Positions 46,522-55,983 of a stretch of DNA of 64,000 nucleotides are shown here, piece by piece. Within the stretch, counting starts at the first letter, position 1. The number at the start of each line of letters is the position of its first letter. The DNA lies in assembly GCA_020854065.1 (NCBI GenBank), contig JADZGF010000003.1, positions 5,051 to 69,050 on the forward strand, in the 5' to 3' direction. Under the pieces are notes generated by a model. It searched no databases. It saw only the letters and a program-made list of their open reading frames with translations, and was not told the DNA's origin. The translations under genes and the position numbers were made by a program. The stretch is from Candidatus Nomurabacteria bacterium (GTDB lineage: Bacteria > Patescibacteriota > Minisyncoccia > Phycocordibacterales > SBAW01).

Positions 46522-48006
46522 TTATTGCGGGTTAAGTACGATCATCTCGCCTGCAGCGACTCCTGAGAGTATTTCGACTTGGCCAAGCGAAGTAGCACCT
46601 GTCGTTACTTGTCGCTCGATAACCTCCTTATCTGAGAGAATCTGTACGTAGGTGTTGCCACTGCGTCGTACGATTGTTCCTTGTGGCACTATCAACACAC
46701 CAAACTTTTGTTCAGTGGTGATGGTAATGTTTGCGGTCATGCCGGAGCGAATGCGGGGATCTTCGGTAGTAAACTGCAGCGTTGTTTTATACGTTGATAC
46801 ACCATCTTTCACGGTCTCGGCTGGATCGATAGAAGCGATTGTTGCCGCAAAAGTTTCTGCCCCGTATGCGTCGAGGGTTACGACGGCGCTGTCGCCCACT
46901 TCAATGTTGGCGATATTAACCTCAGGGACATAGCTTTCTATCTGGAAGACGCCGCGAGAGAGCATTGAGATTTCTGACGTGTTCGGAGAAATAATCTCGC
47001 CTACATGCACATCGACACGAGAGATGGTGCCGCTAAACGGTGCGGTAATGACGGTACGCGCGAGTGCTGCCTGTGCTGATTCAACTTGCGCGCGTTCGTA
47101 CGCAATGTCGTAGGAAGTGGAGCCTGCTTGCTGTAATGCCAACGAACGTTGTGCGCTTTCGAGTCCTGAGCGAGCAGAAGTGATACCTGATTGTGCGTTA
47201 CTGATCGTGGTTCGTGCAGTTGTAATGTTTGCGATAGAAGCCTCGATCTCGGCTTGGGTGTTGTACGCATCCTGTACCGCGTTGTTAAGTGCTGTGGCGA
47301 CTGCGGTGAGGAACGGAGCTGCTTGTCCAAGTACGGCGCTTGCACGAGTCAGTGCCGCAGAGAGATCGGTTGCAGAATTGAGTGCCAAAACCTCACGTTC
47401 CCATGCGTCGAGTTCACGCTCAAGGTCGAGGCGACCATCTTCCGCGGTACGCTTGGAGCTTTGGCTGTCTGTAATAAAAGTAAGTGATGGGTTTGTGGTT
47501 GGATTGTTGAAGAGATCAGTCGTCTTGGTACGTACTGCGTCATCAGCCGCACGGAAAGCCTCCCGTACTGCATCAAGCACTTCGGCCTTTGCGTTTTCAA
47601 CCTCTACCTCAGCAATATGGATCTCTTCGGGGCGAGTGCCCGCAAGTGCCTCTTGAAGCCGTGCCTGTGCGCTTGCAAGGGCTGCACGCTCATCACCGTT
47701 TTCGATGTTGGCAATGGTGGTGCCTGCGCCCACTTCGCTTCCGACTTTTACGTACACGCCACTCACGCGGCCGCTTTGTGCAAAACCGAGGTCGACTTCT
47801 TGTGCGGCAACGACGGTACCACTCACCACCACAGCGGGAGCAAAATCGGTGGGCGTGAGCACCATGGTCTGGAGGTCTTTACCATTCCCGGTACCACCAA
47901 ACATCCACCACCCCAAAAGGAGCGCGACCACAATGCCGCCATATAAATACGGACGCTCAAAAACACGGTCCCGCGCATTACGCAGGAAAGATACTGCCTT
48001 CTTCAT
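46522..48006 (-). CDS. Efflux adaptor / membrane-fusion protein (HlyD/MacA-like)
   Basis: N-terminal TM, biotinyl-lipoyl-like and coiled-coil hairpin regions, beta-barrel C-terminus; first gene of the ABC efflux operon. Confidence 0.7.
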   Translation of the reverse strand: MKKAVSFLRNARDRVFERPYLYGGIVVALLLGWWMFGGTGNGKDLQTMVLTPTDFAPAVVVSGTVVAAQEVDLGFAQSGRVSGVYVKVGSEVGAGTTIANIENGDERAALASAQARLQEALAGTRPEEIHIAEVEVENAKAEVLDAVREAFRAADDAVRTKTTDLFNNPTTNPSLTFITDSQSSKRTAEDGRLDLERELDAWEREVLALNSATDLSAALTRASAVLGQAAPFLTAVATALNNAVQDAYNTQAEIEASIANITTARTTISNAQSGITSARSGLESAQRSLALQQAGSTSYDIAYERAQVESAQAALARTVITAPFSGTISRVDVHVGEIISPNTSEISMLSRGVFQIESYVPEVNIANIEVGDSAVVTLDAYGAETFAATIASIDPAETVKDGVSTYKTTLQFTTEDPRIRSGMTANITITTEQKFGVLIVPQGTIVRRSGNTYVQILSDKEVIERQVTTGATSLGQVEILSGVAAGEMIVLNPQ

Positions 48007-48036
48007 TGCTAAAATAATAACATTAAGCAGCTCTGT

Positions 48037-48903
48037 TTAACAGCGCTCAATCTTGCCCAAACGTTCAATTATTAGACCGCGAATTGAGAGCGATGAGAGT
48101 GCAATAGTGAGGTCGTGTATATCGAGTGACGACTCTTCGATAAGTTCATCGCGTTCAAGTGGCTCAAGGAGAGTTTCTAATACTTTTAACTCACTTGCCG
48201 TGAGATCAACCGGAAGTGCTGCCTGCGTAGGTGGTTTGATTCCTAGTGCTTGTACGATATCGTCGGCAGAACGCACGAGTGTGGCGCCTTCGCGGATAAG
48301 GCGATTAACCCCTTCGCCGGTCTTGGTGCCAAGTTCGTGTGGTACCGCAAGCACCTCTCGGTTGTAATCAAGTGCCAGTCTTGCAGTGATAAGGGTGCCT
48401 GACTTTTCTCCTGCTTCGATAATGAGTGCAGCATGGCTTATGCCCGCGACAATACGGTTACGCTTGGGGAAGTCATAGACCATCGCTTTGTGCGGCTCTC
48501 CGTATTCACTTATCAGCGCACCGCCTTCTTTTAATATGCGTGCGGCAAGTGGACGATTCGTTGCAGGATATAGAGACTGCTGATCAAGCGAGGAAGGTAA
48601 CACTGCAATGGTTGGTAATCCTGCATCAAGTGCTGCTGTATGTGCCTCGGCATCGATACCCAATGCCATACCTGACACAATAGTAATGGGATACGGTGCC
48701 AAACCGGCTATGAGTGATGCACAGACGCGTCTTCCATAGGTGCTTGTTGCACGGGAGCCAACGACGCACAGGAGCGTGTGGTCAGGGGGTGGCATCGTGC
48801 CACGTATATATAGAGAGGAGGGGACGTCAGGGATCTCCCGCAAAAGGGCGGGAAAGTCTGTGGGGAGTAGTTGTCGCTGGGGGAAAGTCATTGTACGATA
48901 CAC
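48037..48903 (-). CDS. dprA: DNA processing protein DprA (Smf)
   Basis: Rossmann-like region GMALGIDAEAHTAALDAGLPTIAVLPSSLD. Confidence 0.8.
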   Translation of the reverse strand: MYRTMTFPQRQLLPTDFPALLREIPDVPSSLYIRGTMPPPDHTLLCVVGSRATSTYGRRVCASLIAGLAPYPITIVSGMALGIDAEAHTAALDAGLPTIAVLPSSLDQQSLYPATNRPLAARILKEGGALISEYGEPHKAMVYDFPKRNRIVAGISHAALIIEAGEKSGTLITARLALDYNREVLAVPHELGTKTGEGVNRLIREGATLVRSADDIVQALGIKPPTQAALPVDLTASELKVLETLLEPLERDELIEESSLDIHDLTIALSSLSIRGLIIERLGKIERC

Positions 48904-48914
48904 AATACCTTTAT

Positions 48915-50189
48915 ATGCTCGATATTCAATTTATTCGGGAGAATGTTGACCTGGTCCGCGCGGCCCTTAAAAACAAGAACCGCGAGGTTGATATAGATCG
49001 CGCTCTTATCCTCGCTGATGAGCGCAAGAAGCTTGCGGGCGAGGTCACGGAGATCAATCGGAAACGCAATGAGGCGGCAGCCGCTCGCGATGCAGAAGCA
49101 GGCAAGCGACTCAAGGACGAGCTTAAATCTGCAGAAGAAAAATATCAAACACTGGAGAAGGAATTAGTTTCGCTTTTGATAAAGATTCCGAACATTCCTT
49201 CCGCAGATACTCCTGTTGCTCCTGATGAGAGTGGTAATCAGGTGTTACGTGAGTGGGGAGAGAAGCCTGCATTTACCTTTGAACCAAAAGCACACTGGGA
49301 GTTAGGAAAGTCGCTTGGCTTGATTGATAGCGAAAAGGCAGCCGATGTGTCGGGTGCACGCTTTACGTACCTCAAAGGCGATCTCGCCCTCATGCAGTTT
49401 GCGCTTATTCAATTTGCGATGGGTGTGATGACCTCGCGTGAGACATTGCAAAAAATTGCACAGGATGCAGGACTCACTGTTGATCCAAAACCATTTGTCC
49501 CGGTAGTGCCTCCTGTACTCATGCGCTCGCAAGTTATGAACCGTATGGCACGGCTCGATCCTATTGATGAGCGCTACTACTTTGAAAAGGATGACTTGGT
49601 GTTTGTCGGCAGTGCTGAGCACACGCTCGGACCTCTGCATATGGATGAGACACTTCCTGAAGAATCGCTCCCTATCCGCTATGTCGGATACTCCACCGCG
49701 TTTCGCCGCGAGGCAGGATCCTATGGCAAAGACACGAAGGGTATCTTGCGACAGCATCAGTTTGATAAAGTCGAGGCTGAATGTTTTATCAAACCTGAAG
49801 ACGGTATTGCGGAGCAGGATTTTCTCGTTGCGATCCAAGAGTACTTAATGAAGCAGTTGGGCTTGCCGCACCGCACCATGATTATCTGCACCGGGGACAT
49901 GGGCTTTCCTGATCAGCGCCAAATCGATATCGAGACATGGATGCCGGGGCAAAACACCTATCGCGAGACACACAGCGCAGATTATGTTGGCGGGTTTCAG
50001 TCGCGCCGGCTTAACACCAAGTTGCGTCGTGCTGATGGTTCAACTGAGCCTGTGCATATGAATGACGCAACGATATTTGCGATCGGCCGCACCCTCATTG
50101 CAATCATGGAGAACTATCAACAGGCAGACGGCACTATTGCAGTACCCACAGTCCTCAGACCCTACCTCGGAAAAGACGTGATTAAATAG
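48915..50189 (+). CDS. serS: Seryl-tRNA synthetase
   Basis: N-terminal coiled-coil arm; class II motifs (FRREAGSYGKDTKGILRQHQF; GQNTYRETHS); ATG start chosen. Confidence 0.9.
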   Translation: MLDIQFIRENVDLVRAALKNKNREVDIDRALILADERKKLAGEVTEINRKRNEAAAARDAEAGKRLKDELKSAEEKYQTLEKELVSLLIKIPNIPSADTPVAPDESGNQVLREWGEKPAFTFEPKAHWELGKSLGLIDSEKAADVSGARFTYLKGDLALMQFALIQFAMGVMTSRETLQKIAQDAGLTVDPKPFVPVVPPVLMRSQVMNRMARLDPIDERYYFEKDDLVFVGSAEHTLGPLHMDETLPEESLPIRYVGYSTAFRREAGSYGKDTKGILRQHQFDKVEAECFIKPEDGIAEQDFLVAIQEYLMKQLGLPHRTMIICTGDMGFPDQRQIDIETWMPGQNTYRETHSADYVGGFQSRRLNTKLRRADGSTEPVHMNDATIFAIGRTLIAIMENYQQADGTIAVPTVLRPYLGKDVIK

Positions 50190-50195
50190 AGTGGT

Positions 50196-51005
50196 ATGGC
50201 GCGAGTGGCGCTCCCCGCATCAAAAGTACGTGCACGAAGACGTCGTCGACGAACGATTGGCGCAGGTATTGTTGCTGCAGCAGTATGTATTCTCTTTGGT
50301 GTTGCGGTGTGGTTTTCGTACGCACCGTTTTTGCATGTAGATAAAATAGCTGCCTCAGGGTTGCGCACCGTGGAGACGTCGGTACTTGAAGGAGTGGTGC
50401 GAAAGGAGTTGTCAGGCAAGTATGGATACATTTTCTCAAGGAACAACATTCTCCTATATCCAGAGAGTGACATTGTCGCTACCTTAAAGGAGAAGTTCCC
50501 TCAATTTAAAGTGGTCGAAGTGTTTGCGCAGGATTTCTCTACGCTTGCGGTGCAAGTGGTCGAGCGTGAGCCTGCAGCCTTGTGGTGTGATGGCAGCTGC
50601 TACTTTATGGATGAAGATGGCATTGTCTATGCTCCTGCGCCACGCTTTAATGCAGAATCATTTGTAACCTATCGTGGTCCTATTTCGGGCAATAAGCTGC
50701 CAATGCAATTTATGAGTGCAGATGAATTCCATACGCTTTCTGCCTTCGCCTCAGCTATTGCACAGCAAGAAAGTGAAGACGCACTCGTGGGAGTTGCAGT
50801 TGATGATGTGCGTGATGTGCGCCTGCGTTTTGAAAGTGGTTTTATGCTCCTCTATCCACTGGGAGAGCCGGGTGGTGATGTGTATGAACGCTACGCTCTT
50901 GCGCGCGCCTCAGGTCCCTTTGAAAATCAGCCACTCAGCAACTTTGCATATCTTGATCTGCGCTTTGGCGACAAACTCTACTACAAGACCATAGGAGAAG
51001 AGTAA
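50196..51005 (+). CDS. ftsQ: Cell division protein FtsQ/DivIB-like (POTRA)
   Basis: N-terminal basic segment + TM + POTRA-like domain (LAVQVVEREPAALW). Confidence 0.6.
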   Translation: MARVALPASKVRARRRRRRTIGAGIVAAAVCILFGVAVWFSYAPFLHVDKIAASGLRTVETSVLEGVVRKELSGKYGYIFSRNNILLYPESDIVATLKEKFPQFKVVEVFAQDFSTLAVQVVEREPAALWCDGSCYFMDEDGIVYAPAPRFNAESFVTYRGPISGNKLPMQFMSADEFHTLSAFASAIAQQESEDALVGVAVDDVRDVRLRFESGFMLLYPLGEPGGDVYERYALARASGPFENQPLSNFAYLDLRFGDKLYYKTIGEE

Positions 51006-51024
51006 ATGTGCTAGTATAGCCCCG

Positions 51025-51996
51025 ATGAAGAATTTCTGGACGGACTTACCCCGACCATTTTTTGTGTTGGCGCCGTTGGCTAATGTCACCGACCCGGCAT
51101 TTCGTCGTGTCATTGCTAAGTACTCCAAACCTGCCGGTCCGCATGTCTTTTGGACTGAGTTTGTCTCCGCCGATGGCTTGATGCTCGCCACTCCCGAAAG
51201 AAAAGCAAAACTAATGCGTGACCTTGTGTTTAGTGAGGCAGAGCGGCCTATCGTCGCTCAGTTTTTCACCGCAACGCCTGAGCATATGGAAAAAGCCGCA
51301 GCGCTCGCACAAGAGCTTGGTTTTGATGGGGTGGATATAAACATGGGGTGTCCTGACCGGACGATTGAAAAGCAAGGAGCAGGAGCAAAACTGATTCTCA
51401 ATCCCGAACTAGCGGTTGAATTGGTGGCGGCAGCAAAGCGAGGTGCACCAAATCTTCCGGTGAGTGTAAAAACGCGACTTGGGTATAACAAGGATATTTT
51501 GGAGGAGTGGTTGCCCAAGATTTTGGCAGCAGAGCCTGCAGCACTAACACTGCATGCCCGCACGCGTAAAGAAATGTCTAAGGTTGCTGCGCATTGGGAG
51601 CGGGTGAAGCGTGCGGTTGAGATACGGAACGAGTTGGGGAGCAACACCCTTATCCTTGGCAACGGCGATGTAAAGAATGTTACTGAGGCGCATGCGCGTG
51701 TAGAAGAAACAAGTTGCGATGGGGTGATGATTGGACGCGGCATCTTCGGAACTCCATGGCTTTTTACAGGAGAAGAAAAAAATATAGAGGAGAGATTGAG
51801 AGTGGCGGTAGAGCACACAGAGCTCTTTGAAGAGTTGTTGGGTGATATTAAAAACTTTGCAATCATGAAAAAACACTTCAAAGCCTATGTGGAAGGATTT
51901 GAGGGTGCCAAAGAGTTGCGGATACACATGATGGAGGCGAAGGATGTGGCGGAGGTAAAAAGTATAGTAGAGGACCACCTTTCTTCCAGTCATTGA
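51025..51996 (+). CDS. dus: tRNA-dihydrouridine synthase
   Basis: Motifs VLAPLANVTDPAFRRV and GVDINMGCP. Confidence 0.85.
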   Translation: MKNFWTDLPRPFFVLAPLANVTDPAFRRVIAKYSKPAGPHVFWTEFVSADGLMLATPERKAKLMRDLVFSEAERPIVAQFFTATPEHMEKAAALAQELGFDGVDINMGCPDRTIEKQGAGAKLILNPELAVELVAAAKRGAPNLPVSVKTRLGYNKDILEEWLPKILAAEPAALTLHARTRKEMSKVAAHWERVKRAVEIRNELGSNTLILGNGDVKNVTEAHARVEETSCDGVMIGRGIFGTPWLFTGEEKNIEERLRVAVEHTELFEELLGDIKNFAIMKKHFKAYVEGFEGAKELRIHMMEAKDVAEVKSIVEDHLSSSH

Positions 51997-52054
51997 ATGT
52001 AATGATCTGTTGGCGTTATACTGGCGCCAGCAAGCTCTTCGTTGGAGGCGAGAT

Positions 52055-52372
52055 ATGGATCGCAATATTCCGGCGAAATATCGCCACTGTGCGCAACAGT
52101 TGAAAGAGGAGGGGACTGTAGTCACTCGTCACGCATTGGCAGAGCGGATGGGAGAACCGTATGAGCGCGTCAAAATGTATCTCTACAAAGATCCAGAATT
52201 GGCACACTCTATCGGGTTAGTCCGTAAAAAGAAGCACTACGATCCCACGCCACAAAATACACAAGTACAGACTACAAAAGATTTTGTGGTCCCTGAAAAG
52301 CAAATTTCCTGCAGAACAGGCAAGAAAGACCACTTACTTGAAGCACTGGTACGAGAGTTCGGGCAGGTCTGA
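52055..52372 (+). CDS. Hypothetical protein
   Basis: Internal ATG start; no recognisable domain. Confidence 0.35.
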   Translation: MDRNIPAKYRHCAQQLKEEGTVVTRHALAERMGEPYERVKMYLYKDPELAHSIGLVRKKKHYDPTPQNTQVQTTKDFVVPEKQISCRTGKKDHLLEALVREFGQV

Positions 52373-52433
52373 TTTTTTATGCTGAGGCCGATGGTGCATA
52401 CCGCCGGCCTTTTTCTTTCTGTATACTAGGCCA

Positions 52434-53465
52434 ATGACAAAAGCAGACGACCGCGCACCATTGGCGCTCTATCGCGCATACCGTCCCCAGGAGTTTAAGC
52501 AGGTGCGCGGGCAAGAGCACGTCACGAGTGTATTAGAGGCAGCGGTCAAACAAGGCAAGATTGCACATGCCTATCTGTTTGCGGGTGGGCGCGGTACTGG
52601 CAAAACCAGCATGGCGCGCATTTTGGCACGTGCGCTTAATACTGCAGACGAAGATGTGTACGAAATGGACGCTGCAAGCAACCGCGGCATTGATGAGATC
52701 AGAGAGTTGCGCGAGGGCGTAAACACGCTGCCGTTTAGCTCGACGTATAAGTTTTACATAATTGACGAGGCACATGCGCTCACTCCGGCGGCGTGGAGTG
52801 CATTCTTGAAAACACTGGAGGAGCCACCTGCACACGCTATATTTGTCTTGGCGACCACTGAGTTGGATAAAGTGCCTGAGACGATAATCTCGCGCTGCCA
52901 GGTCTTTGCGTTTAATAAGCCATCGCACGACACCTTAAAAAAATTAGTGCTCGATGTTGCAAAGAAAGAGGGAACTACGATAGAACCAGCCGGCGCTGAG
53001 CTTATCGCCTTAATGGGTGAAGGATCTTTCCGCGACACGCTCGGGATCCTTCAAAAAGTACTCACTATATCGACTGACGCTAAATTAACTGAGGCTGAAG
53101 TGGCAAAAGTAGTAGGTGCACCTCGGGGGGAAGTAGTAAATGAGTTTTTGCGTGCGCTTGCGGCAAAAGATGTGGCAAAGGCTATCGAAGTGTCACACGA
53201 TACTGATGCAAAAGTTTTTACGTTGCTTGCGGTGGCAAAAATACGCGCGGTATTGCTTATGCGTTTTGCTCCCAAAATGGAGGCAGCACTTGCTGAGCAG
53301 TTTGGTCCTGACGATGTAGCGCTGCTTAAAGAGCTTGCAGGTAAAGATGGTGCTGCGATAAATGCTGCGGTACTTGGTGAACTCCTTACTGCACTCATTG
53401 AAATAAGCCGTGCGCCTCTGCCGCATGTTGCGCTTGAGCTTGCGCTCTATCGCGCACTCGCGTAA
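52434..53465 (+). CDS. dnaX: DNA polymerase III subunit gamma/tau (short form)
   Basis: YRPQEFKQVRGQEHV...AYLFAGGRGTGKTSMARILA...YIIDEAH AAA+ clamp-loader motifs; 343 aa. Confidence 0.8.
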   Translation: MTKADDRAPLALYRAYRPQEFKQVRGQEHVTSVLEAAVKQGKIAHAYLFAGGRGTGKTSMARILARALNTADEDVYEMDAASNRGIDEIRELREGVNTLPFSSTYKFYIIDEAHALTPAAWSAFLKTLEEPPAHAIFVLATTELDKVPETIISRCQVFAFNKPSHDTLKKLVLDVAKKEGTTIEPAGAELIALMGEGSFRDTLGILQKVLTISTDAKLTEAEVAKVVGAPRGEVVNEFLRALAAKDVAKAIEVSHDTDAKVFTLLAVAKIRAVLLMRFAPKMEAALAEQFGPDDVALLKELAGKDGAAINAAVLGELLTALIEISRAPLPHVALELALYRALA

Positions 53466-53497
53466 AGTCTACTCCAGACAAAAGAAGAGGTGTTGTA

Positions 53498-54007
53498 ATG
53501 CCGAATGTGGTGCAGTTAGAGTTCTTTCATCTGCCACTTAACCAGACGCTCGGTGATCTATTTTCTGAAGCTCGAGAGCGAGTCCACGATGGGATCCCAC
53601 TGAAGACCTGTCTGCGGGTGTTCGATCCGGGGAGAGGAATACTCGATCTGCTCAAGAAGGCTGAAGCGCTGGAGAAAAGAGATCGCTCATTCCATGAGCA
53701 ATTCGCAGAAGCGAAAGGGTGGTATCGAGCGCTACTCCTCCATCGCATCAGTTGGATTGCTCGAAGACAACTTGTTATGCGCAGGAGAGCTCATTCATGG
53801 GCGGTGCAGCGCATAGAGCAGGCTATACGAAGAGACCAGGTTATTGGTATTGAAGTGCTTCGAGGCAAACAGTGGCGCCTTGTAGAAAAAAACGAAAGAC
53901 ATGAACTCTGCCAGTCGGTACGAAAATCTGCTGGAGTATGGGTGTTCATGTACGAGTGCCCAGACCTCTTTGGAGTAGAACAACGCTTAGTTGCTCATTG
54001 TATGTAA
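53498..54007 (+). CDS. Hypothetical protein
   Basis: 169-aa ORF after dnaX; no recognisable domain. Confidence 0.4.
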   Translation: MPNVVQLEFFHLPLNQTLGDLFSEARERVHDGIPLKTCLRVFDPGRGILDLLKKAEALEKRDRSFHEQFAEAKGWYRALLLHRISWIARRQLVMRRRAHSWAVQRIEQAIRRDQVIGIEVLRGKQWRLVEKNERHELCQSVRKSAGVWVFMYECPDLFGVEQRLVAHCM

Positions 54008-54042
54008 AAAGTGCGCCCCGCTATGGCGGGGCGCTTTTGTTT
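54006..54042. terminator. Bidirectional rho-independent terminator
   Basis: AAAAAGTGCGCCCCGC-TATG-GCGGGGCGCTTTTGTTTG. Confidence 0.75.
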
Positions 54043-54052
54043 GATATTGCAG

Positions 54053-54616
54053 TTAGCGAGTAGCTCGTTCGATTTCGTCTTCGATCTCAAGCTCCTGTTT
54101 TGCTTCTGCAGCAGCCTGTTGTGCCGCTTCGCGCATTTCTTTATATCGACGCTTCAGCTCTCGAGAAAATTGTCTCGCTTTTGCGGTGCCGATAGTATGT
54201 ATGTCTGCGTAACGGTCAGCCACCTCATCAACAATGGCGTGATACTGCTGCTCCGTCACTTCTCCGATCTGCTCCATGCGCTCAAGCACTTCGGCCTTTG
54301 CACTACTCATCCACGCATCAAGCTTTTTACGATTCCGTGCACCGTGTGGGCCGTATAGTAGGTACCCGCCCACGGCTGCCGTCGTTGCCGCGCCTGCTAA
54401 AAACGCTGCTGCCTTGCCTGCGAACCCGCTCCCTTTGTGGTTGTCTTGTGGTTGTCGTGTGTCATAGGTTCCATTGTCGACTAAGTTGGGTGAAGAAACG
54501 TTGAACGAACTTAACGGGGAAGAGGAATGAACGACGCACCGTGTGTGCTTGGTGTGCCACCCATTCAAACTCTTCCTGTCCGCGTGTCGCAAGCTGTCGT
54601 ATCGCGATTGCAGCAC
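54053..54616 (-). CDS. YtxH-like membrane protein (TM + Ala/Glu-rich coiled coil)
   Basis: GKAAAFLAGAATTAAVGGYLLYGP TM then EQQYHAIVDEVADRY...AAQQAAAEAKQE; the 5' end overlaps ORF 54462..54716 in another frame, so the start is uncertain. Confidence 0.4.
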   Translation of the reverse strand: MLQSRYDSLRHADRKSLNGWHTKHTRCVVHSSSPLSSFNVSSPNLVDNGTYDTRQPQDNHKGSGFAGKAAAFLAGAATTAAVGGYLLYGPHGARNRKKLDAWMSSAKAEVLERMEQIGEVTEQQYHAIVDEVADRYADIHTIGTAKARQFSRELKRRYKEMREAAQQAAAEAKQELEIEDEIERATR

Positions 54617-54716
54617 GAGCTACAAAATACGCAGCAACGACAATTGCCACAGTGCCAATAACAACTCCGGCCGATGCAATGACAAAAAAGATGTCCGCTT
54701 TTAATACAGTCTCCAT
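54462..54716 (-). CDS. Small membrane protein, DUF948-like (tentative)
   Basis: N-terminal TM (IFFVIASAGVVIGTVAIVVAAYFV) plus amphipathic tail; overlaps the YtxH-like ORF. Confidence 0.3.
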   Translation of the reverse strand: METVLKADIFFVIASAGVVIGTVAIVVAAYFVARAAIAIRQLATRGQEEFEWVAHQAHTVRRSFLFPVKFVQRFFTQLSRQWNL

Positions 54717-54806
54717 AGGTAGAGCCTAGAGGGTCAGTGTGAAGTAACGGTGATCTTCAATACAGTAGTGTGCGGTCTATACGGGCATGTTTGCTATACT
54801 AGAGGC

Positions 54807-55199
54807 ATGAAGGGATATGTAGATAACATTGAAGCGATCACGCTCGCAAACACCGACTTTCGTCGGGTGCTTTACACGGCAAAAAATATTCAACTCGTAC
54901 TTATGTCTCTTAAGCCGGGAGAAGAGATAGGGGAAGAAGTACACACGCTCGACCAATTTTTACGCATCGAAGCAGGGGAGGGTAAGGCGGTACTTAATGG
55001 TGTTGAACATGCAATCGCGGATGGATCAGCGATAGTGGTTCCTGCGGGCACAAAACATAATGTGCTAAACACCGGAGCAAGTGATATGAAGCTCTACACT
55101 TTATACTCTCCGCCTGAACATAAAGACGGTATAGTCGAGCACACCAAAAGTGACGCAGATTCTACTGAAGAGCATTTTGACGGTGCCACAACCGAGTAG
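54807..55199 (+). CDS. Cupin-domain protein
   Basis: Cupin motifs G(X)5HXH...G-like (GEEIGEEVHTLDQF...GSAIVVPAGTKHN); AGAGG RBS before the internal ATG. Confidence 0.55.
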   Translation: MKGYVDNIEAITLANTDFRRVLYTAKNIQLVLMSLKPGEEIGEEVHTLDQFLRIEAGEGKAVLNGVEHAIADGSAIVVPAGTKHNVLNTGASDMKLYTLYSPPEHKDGIVEHTKSDADSTEEHFDGATTE

Positions 55200-55259
55200 T
55201 GCTGCAGGTTTAAAAAGTGTGCGAAAGCAGCGTTTTTTTGCTACTATCACCCTGTATTT

Positions 55260-55328
55260 GGGGGATCGTCTAACGGTAGGACAGCGGCCTTTGAAGCCGT
55301 GAATCTAGGTTCGATTCCTAGTCCCCCA
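55260..55328 (+). tRNA. tRNA-Gln (anticodon TTG)
   Basis: GGGGGAT acceptor; anticodon loop CTTTGAA; T-arm GGTTCGATTCC; no encoded CCA. Confidence 0.75.
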
Positions 55329-55335
55329 GCTAGTC

Positions 55336-55983
55336 ATGAAAGTTACTTTTACATACGACAAAGAGAAAGATATTTGGTGCCTTTTAAGTAAGGGGAAGAG
55401 TTCCTCTAACTCTACTGTTGCTACAAAACCGTACGAACAGCTGGTTGCGGAGTACGGAGAAAATCCAACAAGCGAAGATACGGTAGCTTTTGTCGGGGCT
55501 TATTTGGGTTCTGAAAATATAAACTCCGAAGAGTACGCTGCACTGTATCAAAAAGAGTGGGAGGAGATTTCACCAGAGTTTATAAAGAGAGCAGAAAGCA
55601 TTTTCGGAGTATCGATTCCAAACAGCATTACTGCTTACTTAACTGTAAATACCCGTTGTCCGTATAGCATAGAGAAAGACTATTTTTTCGTATCGTTGCA
55701 GAATCTCTCTACCAAGAAAACTGCTATGCATGAATTGTGGCATTTCTACACTTGGTATGGTCTCGGTGCGGACCAAGAAGAAAAACTTGGTAGGCAGAAG
55801 TATAACGACCTAAAAGAAGCCCTGACTGTTTTGTTGAATGTAGAGTGTAAAGACCTGCTGCCTGAGGGGGTAGAAGATAAAGGATATCCTCAACATCAGG
55901 AGTTAAGAGGTAAAATCCTTGAATATTGGGCCAAAGACCGAAATATGGCCAATTTATGGGATTACCTGGTTGAGCTTGGTTAA
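55336..55983 (+). CDS. Hypothetical protein with HExxH motif (possible small metallopeptidase), AT-rich
   Basis: MHELWHFYTWYG; starts 8 nt after tRNA-Gln; about 40% GC. Confidence 0.45.
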   Translation: MKVTFTYDKEKDIWCLLSKGKSSSNSTVATKPYEQLVAEYGENPTSEDTVAFVGAYLGSENINSEEYAALYQKEWEEISPEFIKRAESIFGVSIPNSITAYLTVNTRCPYSIEKDYFFVSLQNLSTKKTAMHELWHFYTWYGLGADQEEKLGRQKYNDLKEALTVLLNVECKDLLPEGVEDKGYPQHQELRGKILEYWAKDRNMANLWDYLVELG

